Part shown: piece by piece, positions 17,782 to 27,713 of the stretch
Layout: every line of letters starts with the position of its first letter
Numbering within the stretch: position 1 is the stretch's first letter
Assembly (NCBI GenBank): GCA_011321725.1
Contig: DROX01000012.1
Location: forward strand, 1 to 57,374
Reading direction: 5' to 3'
Length of the DNA: 57,374 bases
Source of the DNA: Nitrospirota bacterium
GTDB lineage: Bacteria > Nitrospirota > Thermodesulfovibrionia > Thermodesulfovibrionales > JdFR-85
Notes under the pieces: model-generated
Database searches by the model: none
Told to the model about the DNA's origin: nothing
What the model saw: the letters and a program-made list of their open reading frames with translations, nothing else
Made by a program: the position numbers and the translations under genes

Positions 17782-19535
17782 AAGGCACAGTTGACAGCAG
17801 GTTCAAGGGCCTGGTCAGGCTTGTCAGGCCCTACTGGCCAAGGATTGTCCTGGCCGTTCTGCTCAGTATGGTTGTATCATCAATAAACGGGGCGCTTGCA
17901 TGGCTTGTCAAGCCTGCCATGAACGGGATCTTTATTGACAAAAAGAGTGATTATCTCCTCCTCATACCCCTTGCGGTCTTCCTGCTTTATATGGTCAGGG
18001 GTGTTTTCAACTTCTGCCATTCCTACCTGATGACATCTGTGGGTGCAAAGCTTGTCAGGGATATGCGCAACAGGCTCTATAGCCATATCACCTTTCTACC
18101 TCTGTCAAGATACAATGAACGCTCCACAGGCCTGATGCTGTCAAGGATCATAAATGACACAGGCTATCTCCAGAAGGTTGTGGCACACTCGGTCAAGGAT
18201 CTCTTTGTAGAGGGGGCCACGGTTATCGCCCTGACAGTGGTGGCCTTTACGAGACGGTGGGACCTTACACTTATCTCCCTTCTGGTGCTTCCCTTTGCAT
18301 TCTACGGTGTGGGAAGGCTTGGCAGGAGACTGAAGAGGGTTACCAAGGAGGCACAGAGAAAGATCTCCATAATAACGGAACTGCTTACAGAGACCTTCAG
18401 CGGGATAAAGATAATAAAGGTCTTTGGCAAGGAGGATTCACTGATAAACCTCTTCAGGAAGAGAAACCAGGACTTCTATCGTGAGAACATGAGATCCACA
18501 AGGATTGTGGAGGCCACAGCCCTCCTGATGGAGATCATCGGTGGCATAGGTATAACCTTTGTCATCTGGTATGGCGGAAGGCTTGTGGTGACCGGCGCTG
18601 TCACACCTGGTGACTTCTTCTCCTTCCTTGCTGCCATACTCATGATATACACACCAGCAAAGAGGCTTGCAAAGGTCCACAACGGACTCCAGCAGGCAAG
18701 GGCATCCATTGACAGGATAAACGAGTTCCTCATGTTAGAGAAGGAAAGGGGTGGGAACAGGCAGATAAAGGGCTTCAGCAGGGCAATTGAATACAGGGAT
18801 GTCTCTTTCAGATATCCCACGTCAGAGACCTTTGCCCTGAGGCATGTAAATCTGAGGATAAACAAGGGAGAGATTGTTGCCCTCGTGGGCAGAAGCGGGG
18901 CAGGCAAGACCACCTTTGTTGATCTCCTGCCAAGGTTTTATGACCCCACAGAGGGTGGCATATTTATAGATGATGTTGACATCAGGGAACTTGACCTATC
19001 AGCCCTGAGGGGCCTGATAGGGGTTGTCAGCCAGGATGTGATACTCTTCAATGACACGGTAAGGGCAAATATTGCCTTTGGCAGACCTGATGCAACAGAG
19101 GATGAGATAGTGGAGGCAGCACGTGCTGCCTATGCCCATGACTTTATAATGGAGCTACCCCATGGTTATGATACGCTGATCGGGGAGAGGGGGGTCAGGA
19201 TCTCGGGAGGCCAGCGTCAGAGGCTTTCCATTGCAAGGGCAATACTGAAGAATCCACCCATACTGATACTTGATGAGGCAACCTCTTCACTTGACACCCA
19301 TGCAGAGATGATGGTACAGAAGGCCCTTGACTCCCTGATGAAAAACAGGACAACCATTGTTATTGCACACCGCCTTTCCACGGTAAGGGTGGCATCAAAG
19401 ATAGTGGTCCTTGACCATGGCGTGATAGTGGAAGAGGGCACCCATGATGAACTCTTGAAAAGCAATGGCATATACAGGCATCTTCATGAGATACAGTTCT
19501 CATCAGGCAAGGAGATCCTTTTTGATATCAAGTAA
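17772..19535 (+). CDS. msbA: Lipid A export ABC transporter, fused permease/ATPase (MsbA-like)
   Basis: 587 aa with six N-terminal TM helices. Walker A GRSGAGKTT, signature SGGQRQR and Walker B ILILDEATS. 10-nt overlap with lpxB. Confidence 0.8.
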   Translation: MAVEGTVDSRFKGLVRLVRPYWPRIVLAVLLSMVVSSINGALAWLVKPAMNGIFIDKKSDYLLLIPLAVFLLYMVRGVFNFCHSYLMTSVGAKLVRDMRNRLYSHITFLPLSRYNERSTGLMLSRIINDTGYLQKVVAHSVKDLFVEGATVIALTVVAFTRRWDLTLISLLVLPFAFYGVGRLGRRLKRVTKEAQRKISIITELLTETFSGIKIIKVFGKEDSLINLFRKRNQDFYRENMRSTRIVEATALLMEIIGGIGITFVIWYGGRLVVTGAVTPGDFFSFLAAILMIYTPAKRLAKVHNGLQQARASIDRINEFLMLEKERGGNRQIKGFSRAIEYRDVSFRYPTSETFALRHVNLRINKGEIVALVGRSGAGKTTFVDLLPRFYDPTEGGIFIDDVDIRELDLSALRGLIGVVSQDVILFNDTVRANIAFGRPDATEDEIVEAARAAYAHDFIMELPHGYDTLIGERGVRISGGQRQRLSIARAILKNPPILILDEATSSLDTHAEMMVQKALDSLMKNRTTIVIAHRLSTVRVASKIVVLDHGVIVEEGTHDELLKSNGIYRHLHEIQFSSGKEILFDIK

Positions 19536-19593
19536 AGCTCACCCACCAAAAGCAGGGATGAAAAGTTACAGCCTTACTATGCTATTATAAATC

Positions 19594-21756
19594 ATGGGGA
19601 AAAGGGAGGCGCTTCCACTTGATGCAAGGCTCTTGAGTGATGCCATAATAGAGCTGAACATTTCAAGACGGAATGTATCAATCTACCCGGCTGAACATCC
19701 TGCTGTAAGACAGTCCCTCGCAAAGGCCTACGGGCATCTTGAGAAACTCTTTGAATTGCGCGATGAGATAACAATTGCAATAGCAAAGGACACGATCATT
19801 GTTGATGAGTATTATCTTGACAGAAAGAATCCCGTATTCAGGGAGTTTGCTCTGCACCTAAACAGGTTGAACATTGCCTGCCTCACCTTCACGAAGGGTC
19901 TCAGCAGGGATGAGATCTTCTCTTTCCACAAGATACTGTCCGAGAAACCCTCGGAGCTGAACGAGGAGATCATCACCAAAAGGCTGCATGATGAGGGGGT
20001 TGTCCATATAAAACCGGGCTTTATTGACTACAATGCCTTTGTGGCAAGGGAAGGCACAGAAAGACCCGGTAGTGATGCTTCAACAGGCAAGGGCCTCTGG
20101 GAGAGGTATGTCTACGGCCTTATGACAGGGACCCTGGTACGAGGTGAGATATCCGGCAGCCTTTCCAGCATACCACCGGAGAGGCTGGCAGGGATTATCA
20201 ACCAGTTCAATACCGGTGAGTTTGACGAAGAATCCTATGATCGCGTAATAACAAACTACATGAGACGATCCTCTGAAAGGGCCCTCTCTGCCAGGGATAT
20301 GGGAAGACTTATTGACTTTATCAACCATCTGCGGCCAGAGGTTAAAAGACAGTTCCTCAGATCAACGGTTCGTGTCACTGAGAAGGAATTAGAAGGCGTA
20401 AGGCATGCACTGGCTGAGCTGCCAGTGGACAGGATCATTGACTTCCTTAAAACCATTAACGACAATGCCATAGAACTGCCCGAGACCCTGAGGAACCTTA
20501 TGGAGAGGTTTGCAAAAAGTGCAAACATCTCCTTTGATCCTGTATTCGTGGGTGATGCACCCCTTGTGGATGATTTTTTCCTTGATGAAGGAATAACTGA
20601 ACTCCTGAAGAGGGGTCGTTTTGATGAATTTGTATCAGAGACCTACCAGGAGGACATTGAGAGGATAATCAGCTATGAAGCCGGCGGAGAAGGGGTTGCA
20701 CTGCCATCAGAACTCAAGGGAGATTCCGCCGAGGAGATCACCCGTGCCTTCTACTTTGAAAAACTGCTTGAGATCTGCCTTGCGGATTCTCTGTCAGAAG
20801 AGGATTACGAGAGGCTGACAGGGGAACTTCTGGGCATGGTGGATGAGTTCCTTGATACAGGGAGGTTCTCATGCCTTATAAGGCTTTTCCTCATGATTGA
20901 AGAAAATATCAAAAGAGACAGGTTTGTTGAACCCTCCAGAAGGGTAAGGGATCATCTCTTCTGTAATGATTTTATCGGCAGGCTCATGGAATCCATCAGA
21001 CTCCATGGGAGGGACAAGAAGGAGGAGGTCATGGAACTCCTTGACAGATATGGAGAGCCCATCATCCCCCATCTCATAGAGGTGCTTGTGGAGGAGGAGT
21101 TTAAGAACATACGAAGGTTCTTCCTCACACTGATAATACATTTTCAGAAAAAGGCCATACCCTATGCTGTCAGATGGCTTGGCGATGAACGCTGGTATGT
21201 AAAGAGAAACATGCTCAATATACTTGCTGAATGCGGTGGTATTGAGGGGCTTCCCCATGTAAAACAGTACTGTTACCATGAGAACATAAAGGTGAGAACA
21301 GAGGCGCTGAAGGCGCTTCTGAGGAGCGGTGACAGTTATGGTGTTGAGGTCCTGGAGGAACTCCTGAACTCAGGTAATGAAGAGGAGGTTGAGCTTGCCA
21401 TCAGACTTACCGGCATATTCAGGATTGAGAAGCTCAAGCCAAGGCTGATAGAGATGCTGAAGAGACATGCCAGATCATCCCTGGACTTCTACAGGAAGAT
21501 ACCCCTTGTAAGGGCGATAGGTGAGTTTGGTGATCCCCGGGTCATACCCTTGTTAAAGGAGATATTCTTCTCAAAGAGCCTCCTCTTCAGGGGTGCCCTT
21601 GACGGGCTCAAGCTGGAGGTCCTGAAGAGCCTGAAGAACTACCCTGTCACCGGGGAAACAAGGGATATAATAGAGGCTGCCCTCAGATCCTCAAGGGAGG
21701 AGATAAGAAGGGAGGCCCTGGAGCTGAAAAGGACCCTGCTGAGGAGCAGGAGATGA
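19594..21756 (+). CDS. HEAT-repeat protein with an N-terminal domain paralogous to that of the downstream HD-GYP protein
   Basis: 720 aa. C-terminal HEAT/PBS-lyase-like repeats (GDERWYVKRNMLNILAECG, NIKVRTEALKALLRSGD, AIGEFGDPRVIPLL). The N-terminal roughly 110 aa align with the N-terminus of the next gene. ATGA overlap (21753-21756). Confidence 0.6.
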   Translation: MGKREALPLDARLLSDAIIELNISRRNVSIYPAEHPAVRQSLAKAYGHLEKLFELRDEITIAIAKDTIIVDEYYLDRKNPVFREFALHLNRLNIACLTFTKGLSRDEIFSFHKILSEKPSELNEEIITKRLHDEGVVHIKPGFIDYNAFVAREGTERPGSDASTGKGLWERYVYGLMTGTLVRGEISGSLSSIPPERLAGIINQFNTGEFDEESYDRVITNYMRRSSERALSARDMGRLIDFINHLRPEVKRQFLRSTVRVTEKELEGVRHALAELPVDRIIDFLKTINDNAIELPETLRNLMERFAKSANISFDPVFVGDAPLVDDFFLDEGITELLKRGRFDEFVSETYQEDIERIISYEAGGEGVALPSELKGDSAEEITRAFYFEKLLEICLADSLSEEDYERLTGELLGMVDEFLDTGRFSCLIRLFLMIEENIKRDRFVEPSRRVRDHLFCNDFIGRLMESIRLHGRDKKEEVMELLDRYGEPIIPHLIEVLVEEEFKNIRRFFLTLIIHFQKKAIPYAVRWLGDERWYVKRNMLNILAECGGIEGLPHVKQYCYHENIKVRTEALKALLRSGDSYGVEVLEELLNSGNEEEVELAIRLTGIFRIEKLKPRLIEMLKRHARSSLDFYRKIPLVRAIGEFGDPRVIPLLKEIFFSKSLLFRGALDGLKLEVLKSLKNYPVTGETRDIIEAALRSSREEIRREALELKRTLLRSRR

Positions 21757-22862
21757 AGGAAAAGGTCAAAACACTTGTACATGCCATAATGTCTGCCCTG
21801 TCCAACTGTTCACTTTATTCAGATGAGCATTTTTCCGTTGAAAGATTCGTAAAGAAGTCCCTGGAGGCACTTGAGGGGATATTCCAGGAGACTGATTCAA
21901 TTGAGTTCATGATCGTTGAGGATGACCTTGTGGTAAACAAGAAACCCTACAGGGATGAAGGCCTCTGGATCGGAAAGTTCTTGAGGAAACTGAAGACCCG
22001 TGGGATAACAAGACTGGAGATCCTGAAAGGCGTTAAAGAGGCTGAACTGAAAAGGTTCGTCTCATTCCTTGCCAGAGGTGAAGAAAGTCCCCCTGATCTT
22101 CCCCATATCAGAGCAGGTGTGGTGGACATTGTTATTGAAGAGGCAGAGATACCTGTGGAGGCTGGCGAGGATACAGAGTTGACCTCAGAGCAGATAGATA
22201 AGCTCAGGGAGATAAGCAGCGGCATCTCCCCTTTCAGGCAACTGAGCACCGCCGGGATAGAGGAGATAGTCACCAGGTTCATCGTAACAATGAAGAGGGA
22301 GGGTGCGATCCTGAGGCTTCTCACACCTGTGAAAACCTACAGTGAATATACCTATACCCATGCAGCAAATGTCTCGGTGCTTTCCATGTTTCAGGCTGAA
22401 TGCCTTGGTTTTGGTGATGAATTCGTCCATGACATCGGCATTGCCGGGCTTCTGCATGACGTGGGAAAGCTTTTCGTGTCAAGGGAGGTCCTTGAGAAGA
22501 AGGGCAGACTCACTGAGAAGGAGTTTGAGGAAATAAAGCGCCATACCATCTATGGGGCCATCTATCTTTCAAAGAATGCCTCCCTGCCAATGGTTGCAAC
22601 CATTACCTCCCTTGAGCATCACAGGGGCTATGACGGCAAAGGATACCCTGCATTCAGAATCAGCAAGAGCAGACAGCATCTTTCAAGCCAGATAGTGCAG
22701 ATAGCCGACTTCTTTGATGCCCTGAGAAGCCGAAGGCCCTATAAAAGGGACTGGGGGGTGAAGGAGACACTCGCCCTGATGAAGGAATCTTCGGGGAAAC
22801 AGTTTAACCCCCTGCTTATGGAGAGCTTTGAAAGGAATATTATAAAGGCCCTCAAGGGTTAG
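21753..22862 (+). CDS. HD-GYP domain phosphohydrolase (putative cyclic dinucleotide phosphodiesterase)
   Basis: 369 aa. HAANVS, GLLHDVGKL and EHHRGYDGKGYP (a variant of the HHExxDGxGYP motif, with Arg in place of Glu). Confidence 0.85.
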   Translation: MKEKVKTLVHAIMSALSNCSLYSDEHFSVERFVKKSLEALEGIFQETDSIEFMIVEDDLVVNKKPYRDEGLWIGKFLRKLKTRGITRLEILKGVKEAELKRFVSFLARGEESPPDLPHIRAGVVDIVIEEAEIPVEAGEDTELTSEQIDKLREISSGISPFRQLSTAGIEEIVTRFIVTMKREGAILRLLTPVKTYSEYTYTHAANVSVLSMFQAECLGFGDEFVHDIGIAGLLHDVGKLFVSREVLEKKGRLTEKEFEEIKRHTIYGAIYLSKNASLPMVATITSLEHHRGYDGKGYPAFRISKSRQHLSSQIVQIADFFDALRSRRPYKRDWGVKETLALMKESSGKQFNPLLMESFERNIIKALKG

Positions 22863-24120
22863 TTGTTTCAGGACATTCCTCACAGGGAATCGTCCTTTCT
22901 ATGATATCAATGGTCTTCTCAAGGGCACCCCTGTTCCTCTCGTAGAGCATGTAGGCCCTTTGTCCCATCTCATGCCTTCTTGATTCGTTCTGAAGCAACT
23001 CCCTGATGACACCTGCCAGGGCATCACCCGCTGTTTTTATTGCAGCTCCTTCCCTGAAGAACTCCTCAGCAAGGGGGAAGTTGTTCATATGGGGTCCACA
23101 GACGATGGGCTTACGCCAGTAGGCTGGCTCAAAGAGGTTGTGCCCGCCCCTGGGGATGAAACTACCGCCTATTATTGATATATCTGCCACAGCATAAACC
23201 GATGAAAGCTCTCCTATGCCGTCAAGGAGGATCACATCCCTGGCCTCTACATCAAGGCCTGACCGCTTGCCGTAGTTGATTGATTCCCTCTGAAGCAGAT
23301 CCTCAACCTCGGGGAATCTTTCGGGATGTCGGGGTGCTACTACCATGGTGAGCCCGGGGAACTCCCTCTGGAGTTCCTTGTAGGCCCTGAGAATGATCTC
23401 CTCTTCACCCTCATGGGTGCTGCCGGCTACGATCAGGGGCCTTCCCATATCTCTGCACCACAGGGGTGGCTCTGAAGGAGGTTTTACCTCAAACTTCAGG
23501 TTGCCTGTTACAAACACCCTTTCAGGGTCTGCCCCAAGGGAGATGATCTTTTCAGCATCCCTTCTGGTCTGCATGCAGAAGGCCCTTATCCTTGAAAGGA
23601 TATCCTTCATGAAGAAACGGATTAACCTGTAGTTTTTGTATGAATGATCGGAGAGCCTTCCATTGACAATGATCACCGGTATTTCATCCTCATTGGCCTG
23701 CCTTACAAGATTGGGCCATATCTCGGTCTCCATCAGTATGATCATATCCGGCCTGAGTGTCTGTATGAAACGCCTCAAAGAGCCCCTGCTATCAAAGGGT
23801 GCGTAAAACAGTGCCTGGTCTCCGGAGAGGTAGTCTCTCACAACCGCCTGTCCCGTATCAGTAACTGTGGTGATGAATATCCGGTGGTACCTTCCGAGAC
23901 TCGTAACAATGGGTTTTGCAGCAATGGCCTCACCCACCGATACGGCATGTATCCAGACACGTCTTCTGTCCCCTTCCGGTGGAGATGAGGGGATGAATCC
24001 TAAACGCTCCACCAGCCATCTTCTCCTGGCAGGGGCCGGCCTTTTCAGATACTGCTGTGGCAGGATTGTAATCAGGGCAAGATTGTAGAGTATACTATAA
24101 AGGGTATAGATAAATTTCAT
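22852..24120 (-). CDS. waaA: 3-deoxy-D-manno-octulosonic acid (Kdo) transferase
   Basis: WIHAVSVGEAIAAKPIV and GGSFIPRGGHNLFEPA motifs. The ORF is open to a TTG at 24150. ATG 24120 (MKFIYTLYSILYNL) fits the usual N-terminal membrane anchor. Its 3' end overlaps the convergent HD-GYP gene by 11 nt. Confidence 0.85.
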   Translation of the reverse strand: MKFIYTLYSILYNLALITILPQQYLKRPAPARRRWLVERLGFIPSSPPEGDRRRVWIHAVSVGEAIAAKPIVTSLGRYHRIFITTVTDTGQAVVRDYLSGDQALFYAPFDSRGSLRRFIQTLRPDMIILMETEIWPNLVRQANEDEIPVIIVNGRLSDHSYKNYRLIRFFMKDILSRIRAFCMQTRRDAEKIISLGADPERVFVTGNLKFEVKPPSEPPLWCRDMGRPLIVAGSTHEGEEEIILRAYKELQREFPGLTMVVAPRHPERFPEVEDLLQRESINYGKRSGLDVEARDVILLDGIGELSSVYAVADISIIGGSFIPRGGHNLFEPAYWRKPIVCGPHMNNFPLAEEFFREGAAIKTAGDALAGVIRELLQNESRRHEMGQRAYMLYERNRGALEKTIDIIERTIPCEECPETTNP

Positions 24121-24188
24121 GACTATATATTTTACTACAGCGGGGTTCAAAATTATTAAACCTGAATCCAGCCCAAAGCCAGGATGAA

Positions 24189-25376
24189 ATGACAGACCTT
24201 TTAAAGCTGTTCACCGTCTTTGTACTCATTCTGATCCTTCTGAGAAGGAGATGGAATGTTGGCTATGTGCTGCTTTTATCATCAGCAGCGCTGGGCCTTC
24301 TCTATCTCATGTCCCCTGAGAGGATGTACAGGGCAATAAGCAATACAGTAACATCTCATGTTACCATCTCACTGCTCATAATACTTACCTTCATCAGGGT
24401 CTTTGAGTTCGTCCTCAGGGAAAAGGGTGTATTGAGAAGGATGATGGAGACCATGAAATCCCTCTTGAGGAGCCATGTGGCTGTAATAATATCCATGCCC
24501 CTCTTGATAGGCCTGATGCCTTCCGTGGGTGGTGCCTACTTTTCCGCTCCCATGGTTGCAGAGGCATCCAGGGAGACGATGTTGAGCCCGGAAGAGAAGG
24601 CCTTTGCCAACTACTGGTACAGGCATCCCTGGGAGTTCATACTCCCCCTCTACCCGGGGATAATACTTGCCTCGGCCATTACTGGTATTGAATTGAGGTC
24701 TTTCATACTGCTTAATCTTAGCTATGCAGTTGTAATGGTACTGGCAGGACTGTGGTTCCTCCGGGGTGCCTTTATCCCCTACAGGGGTGAGGATAGAAAC
24801 TCCTGGAGGGCACTCCTGAATCTTATGCCCATCCTGGTCCTTCTGGCGCTTGTACTGGTCTTCCATGTGCCTCTCCATTATGGCCTTGTGATATTGACCC
24901 TTTTTCTCATGCCCTATTACAGGATGGACAGAGGGGCTGTGAAGAAGGCATTCATACACGGCTTCTCTCTGGATATTATTGTTCTTATCCTTGGGGTGAT
25001 GCTTTTCAAGGAGGTCCTTGAGGTATCGGGTTCTGTGGAAAATATGAGCAATTTTTTCCAGAAAAAGAGTATCCCCCTTTTACCCGTTGTCTTTCTCCTG
25101 CCTTTCATAACAGGCATACTCACAGGGATAACCGTGGGGTTTGTTGCAAGTACCTTTCCCCTTCTCCTGAGCCTTGCAGGGCCTGACCCATATCTGTTCA
25201 CCTTTGCCTTTGCCTCTGGCTATGTGGGGGTGCTCCTTTCACCTGTACATGTCTGCTTTGTACTTACAAGGGAGTACTTCGGGGCTGATGTCATGAGGGT
25301 CTACAGGATGATAACACCCCTTTGTCTGTTGATACTTCTTGTATCTGTTGCGGAGATGTTCCTGCTGGGGGGTTAA
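24189..25376 (+). CDS. DUF401-family polytopic membrane protein
   Basis: 395 aa and highly hydrophobic throughout. The family assignment is from overall pattern only and needs an HMM check. Confidence 0.55.
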   Translation: MTDLLKLFTVFVLILILLRRRWNVGYVLLLSSAALGLLYLMSPERMYRAISNTVTSHVTISLLIILTFIRVFEFVLREKGVLRRMMETMKSLLRSHVAVIISMPLLIGLMPSVGGAYFSAPMVAEASRETMLSPEEKAFANYWYRHPWEFILPLYPGIILASAITGIELRSFILLNLSYAVVMVLAGLWFLRGAFIPYRGEDRNSWRALLNLMPILVLLALVLVFHVPLHYGLVILTLFLMPYYRMDRGAVKKAFIHGFSLDIIVLILGVMLFKEVLEVSGSVENMSNFFQKKSIPLLPVVFLLPFITGILTGITVGFVASTFPLLLSLAGPDPYLFTFAFASGYVGVLLSPVHVCFVLTREYFGADVMRVYRMITPLCLLILLVSVAEMFLLGG

Positions 25377-25454
25377 CCCGGTAGTGGGGCTGTCCCATCC
25401 CTGTCTGATGGGAAGAGAGGGAAAAAAATCATTGCAATTTATTATCATATAAAT

Positions 25455-26138
25455 ATGAAAATACTGATTGTTGAAGATGAGGCAAAGATATCTGATATTG
25501 TGAAGGCCTATCTCCAGAGGGAGGGTTATACCGTCCAGGTAGCCCCTGACGGAGAAACAGCACTGGAACAGCTAAAGGATGGCTTTGATCTCATCATACT
25601 TGACCTCATGTTGCCCGATATGGCTGGCGAGGAGATATGTGAAATGATAAGGAGGGACTCCGACATCCCCATAATTATGCTTACAGCCAAGAGTGATGAG
25701 GAGGACAGGATCAAAGGACTTGGCATTGGTGCAGATGACTATGTTGTAAAACCCTTCAGCCCAAGGGAGCTTGTTGCAAGGGTAAAGGCCCTGATAAGGA
25801 GGACAAAGGGTACAAGAAGGACATACAGTTTCAACAACAGAGACCTTGTAATTGATACTGACAGGCACGAGGTTATGAAGGCAGGCAGAACCCTGACCCT
25901 TACTCCCACAGAGTTCAAGATCCTCAACACCATTGCAGAAAGACCAGGACAGGTGTTTACCCGTCTTCAGCTTGTCAATACAATACTCGGATATGACTTT
26001 GAGGGATATGATAGAACAATAGATGCGCACATAAAGAATATAAGACACAAGATAGAGGATAACCCCAGGAAACCTGAATACATCAAGACCGTTTATGGTG
26101 TGGGGTATAAGTTCATAGGCCGGCTTGATGAGGACTAA
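25455..26138 (+). CDS. OmpR/PhoB-family response regulator
   Basis: REC domain (ILIVEDE...DLIILDLMLPDM...LTAK) plus a winged-helix C-terminus (LTPTEFKIL...IKTVYGVGYKF). Confidence 0.9.
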   Translation: MKILIVEDEAKISDIVKAYLQREGYTVQVAPDGETALEQLKDGFDLIILDLMLPDMAGEEICEMIRRDSDIPIIMLTAKSDEEDRIKGLGIGADDYVVKPFSPRELVARVKALIRRTKGTRRTYSFNNRDLVIDTDRHEVMKAGRTLTLTPTEFKILNTIAERPGQVFTRLQLVNTILGYDFEGYDRTIDAHIKNIRHKIEDNPRKPEYIKTVYGVGYKFIGRLDED

Positions 26139-27510
26139 GCTATTCATATCCTTTATATTGATCATCTCCATAGCCCTTCTGTCAAATATCGTATTTGAAA
26201 ATCTTATAATCAAGGACTTTGATGATTACGTACGCAGCACCGAGGAGGACAGGGTATACTGGCTCCTTGCCTCTATAGAGGGCAGCTACAGGGACGGCCG
26301 TTGGGACAGTCTTTCCCTCAGGGAATCCCTCCACTGGGCAATGATGCTGGGTTTTGAGGCCTATATTGAGGACAGGAAGGGAATCAGGGTTCTTTCAACC
26401 CAGGATATACTGAAGGACCTGAGCCAGAGCATGCTTAAAAGAATGGCCTCACTCTTTGAGCTTCCAAGCGGGGTTGGCAGATTTTCATGGTACCCCCTGT
26501 ATGTTGAGGGCTCCGAGATCGGAAAGGTCTATGTAAGACCCCTGAAAAGGCTTGGTTATCTACCCCTGAAGGAGGATATATTCAGGAGAAGGGGCAAGGA
26601 GTTCCTGCTTATATCCTTCTTTATAGCAGGAGGCGGGGCATTCTTTGTGGCTTTGCTTTTCACATTCTTCCTTTCAAAACCCATACGAAACCTCACCATT
26701 GCAGCAGAGAGGGTTGCATCAGGAGATTTTTCTATAAAACCGATCTCTCATCACAGATTCGGAAGACTATACAGGTTTTTCAGGTGTGAGGATGAGATAG
26801 ACAGGCTCACAGGCTCCTTCAACTACATGGTGGAAGCACTGAGGAAGGAGGACTCCCTGAGGAAACACCTCACATCCAACATAGTGCATGAACTGAGAAC
26901 ACCCCTTACGGTCATAAAGGCCAACCTGGAGGCAGTGGAAGACGGGATAGTTGATTCACCCGAGAGAGTGATCAAGACCCTCCATGGCGAGATTGACAGG
27001 TTGATTGAGCTTGTAGAGGGGATTGATGATATTACCAGGGCAGAGGCCAGCTTTTTCAAAAGAGGTCATCCAGAGACCATCGTGCTTGGCGAGTTCATAA
27101 GTTCCGTTGCCTCTCCCTTCCAGGGGCTTCTCACTGAGAAGGGACTCACCTTAACACTTGATGGAAACAGATCAACAACTGTAAGCACCTATCCTGACAA
27201 GCTCCAGATAATCCTTAAGAATCTCATCTCAAATGCCCTGAAGTTTACAGACAGCGGTGGTATAACCATTAGATGGGCCAGGGACAGAAAGGGGGTATTT
27301 ACCATTTCTGTAAAGGACACAGGCAGGGGGATGGAAAAGGAGGAGATGGAGAGGATCTTTGAGAGGTTCTTCAAGGGTGAAAACTCTGATGGCAGAGGGC
27401 TGGGGCTTGCCATTGTGAGAGAACTCATTGAGACCATAGATGGACAGATTGAGGTAGAAAGCAGCCCTGGAAAAGGGACAGAGTTCAGACTCACAATAAA
27501 GGAGGTCTGA
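26128..27510 (+). CDS. Sensor histidine kinase (2 TM, HAMP, HisKA, HATPase_c)
   Basis: H-box IVHELRTPLT, N-box LISNALKFT, G-boxes DTGRGM and GLGLAIV. The track start at 26125 is a TTG immediately followed by ATG 26128. It overlaps the response-regulator gene. Confidence 0.85.
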   Translation: MRTKLFISFILIISIALLSNIVFENLIIKDFDDYVRSTEEDRVYWLLASIEGSYRDGRWDSLSLRESLHWAMMLGFEAYIEDRKGIRVLSTQDILKDLSQSMLKRMASLFELPSGVGRFSWYPLYVEGSEIGKVYVRPLKRLGYLPLKEDIFRRRGKEFLLISFFIAGGGAFFVALLFTFFLSKPIRNLTIAAERVASGDFSIKPISHHRFGRLYRFFRCEDEIDRLTGSFNYMVEALRKEDSLRKHLTSNIVHELRTPLTVIKANLEAVEDGIVDSPERVIKTLHGEIDRLIELVEGIDDITRAEASFFKRGHPETIVLGEFISSVASPFQGLLTEKGLTLTLDGNRSTTVSTYPDKLQIILKNLISNALKFTDSGGITIRWARDRKGVFTISVKDTGRGMEKEEMERIFERFFKGENSDGRGLGLAIVRELIETIDGQIEVESSPGKGTEFRLTIKEV

Positions 27511-27586
27511 TGGTAGGCGGAAGCGGGATCGAACCGCTGACCTCAGCCTTGTAAGGGCTGCGCTCTCCCTGCTGAGCTATCCGCCC
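27511..27586 (-). tRNA. tRNA-Val (anticodon UAC), CCA encoded
   Basis: The reverse complement GGGCGGATAGCTCAGCAGGGAGAGCGCAGCCCTTACAAGGCTGAGGTCAGCGGTTCGATCCCGCTTCCGCCTACCA folds as a cloverleaf. It has a 7-bp acceptor stem, GCTC/GAGC D stem, CAGCC/GGCTG anticodon stem with loop CTTACAA, and a GGTTCGATCC T arm. Confidence 0.95.
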
Positions 27587-27678
27587 GTAAATATCAATAT
27601 ATAAAATAATAAAAAAGAGACATTTAAGTCAATGAACCCCCTCTACCGGTTCCTCCCTTGTTGCATAAAATAACAGGG

Positions 27679-27708
27679 GTTGCAACTTGCAACAGCATTG
27701 TTTATAAT
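27679..27708 (+). promoter_or_regulatory. Sigma-70-type promoter TTGCAA-N17-TATAAT overlapped by the palindrome GTTGCA-ACT-TGCAAC (putative operator). The ATG lies 5 nt after the -10 box.
   Basis: TTGCAA at 27680-27685, TATAAT at 27703-27708, ATG at 27714, with no SD. The palindrome at 27679-27693 covers the -35 element. Confidence 0.45.
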
Positions 27709-27713
27709 AAAAG

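Noticed and set aside
27677-27692. Possible sigma-54 promoter GGGGTT-N5-TTGCA upstream of the kinase gene
   Set aside because: GG-N10-GC spacing exists, but the -24 element matches only at the GG. The TTGCA is simply half of the palindrome. A near-consensus sigma-70 promoter explains the same region better.
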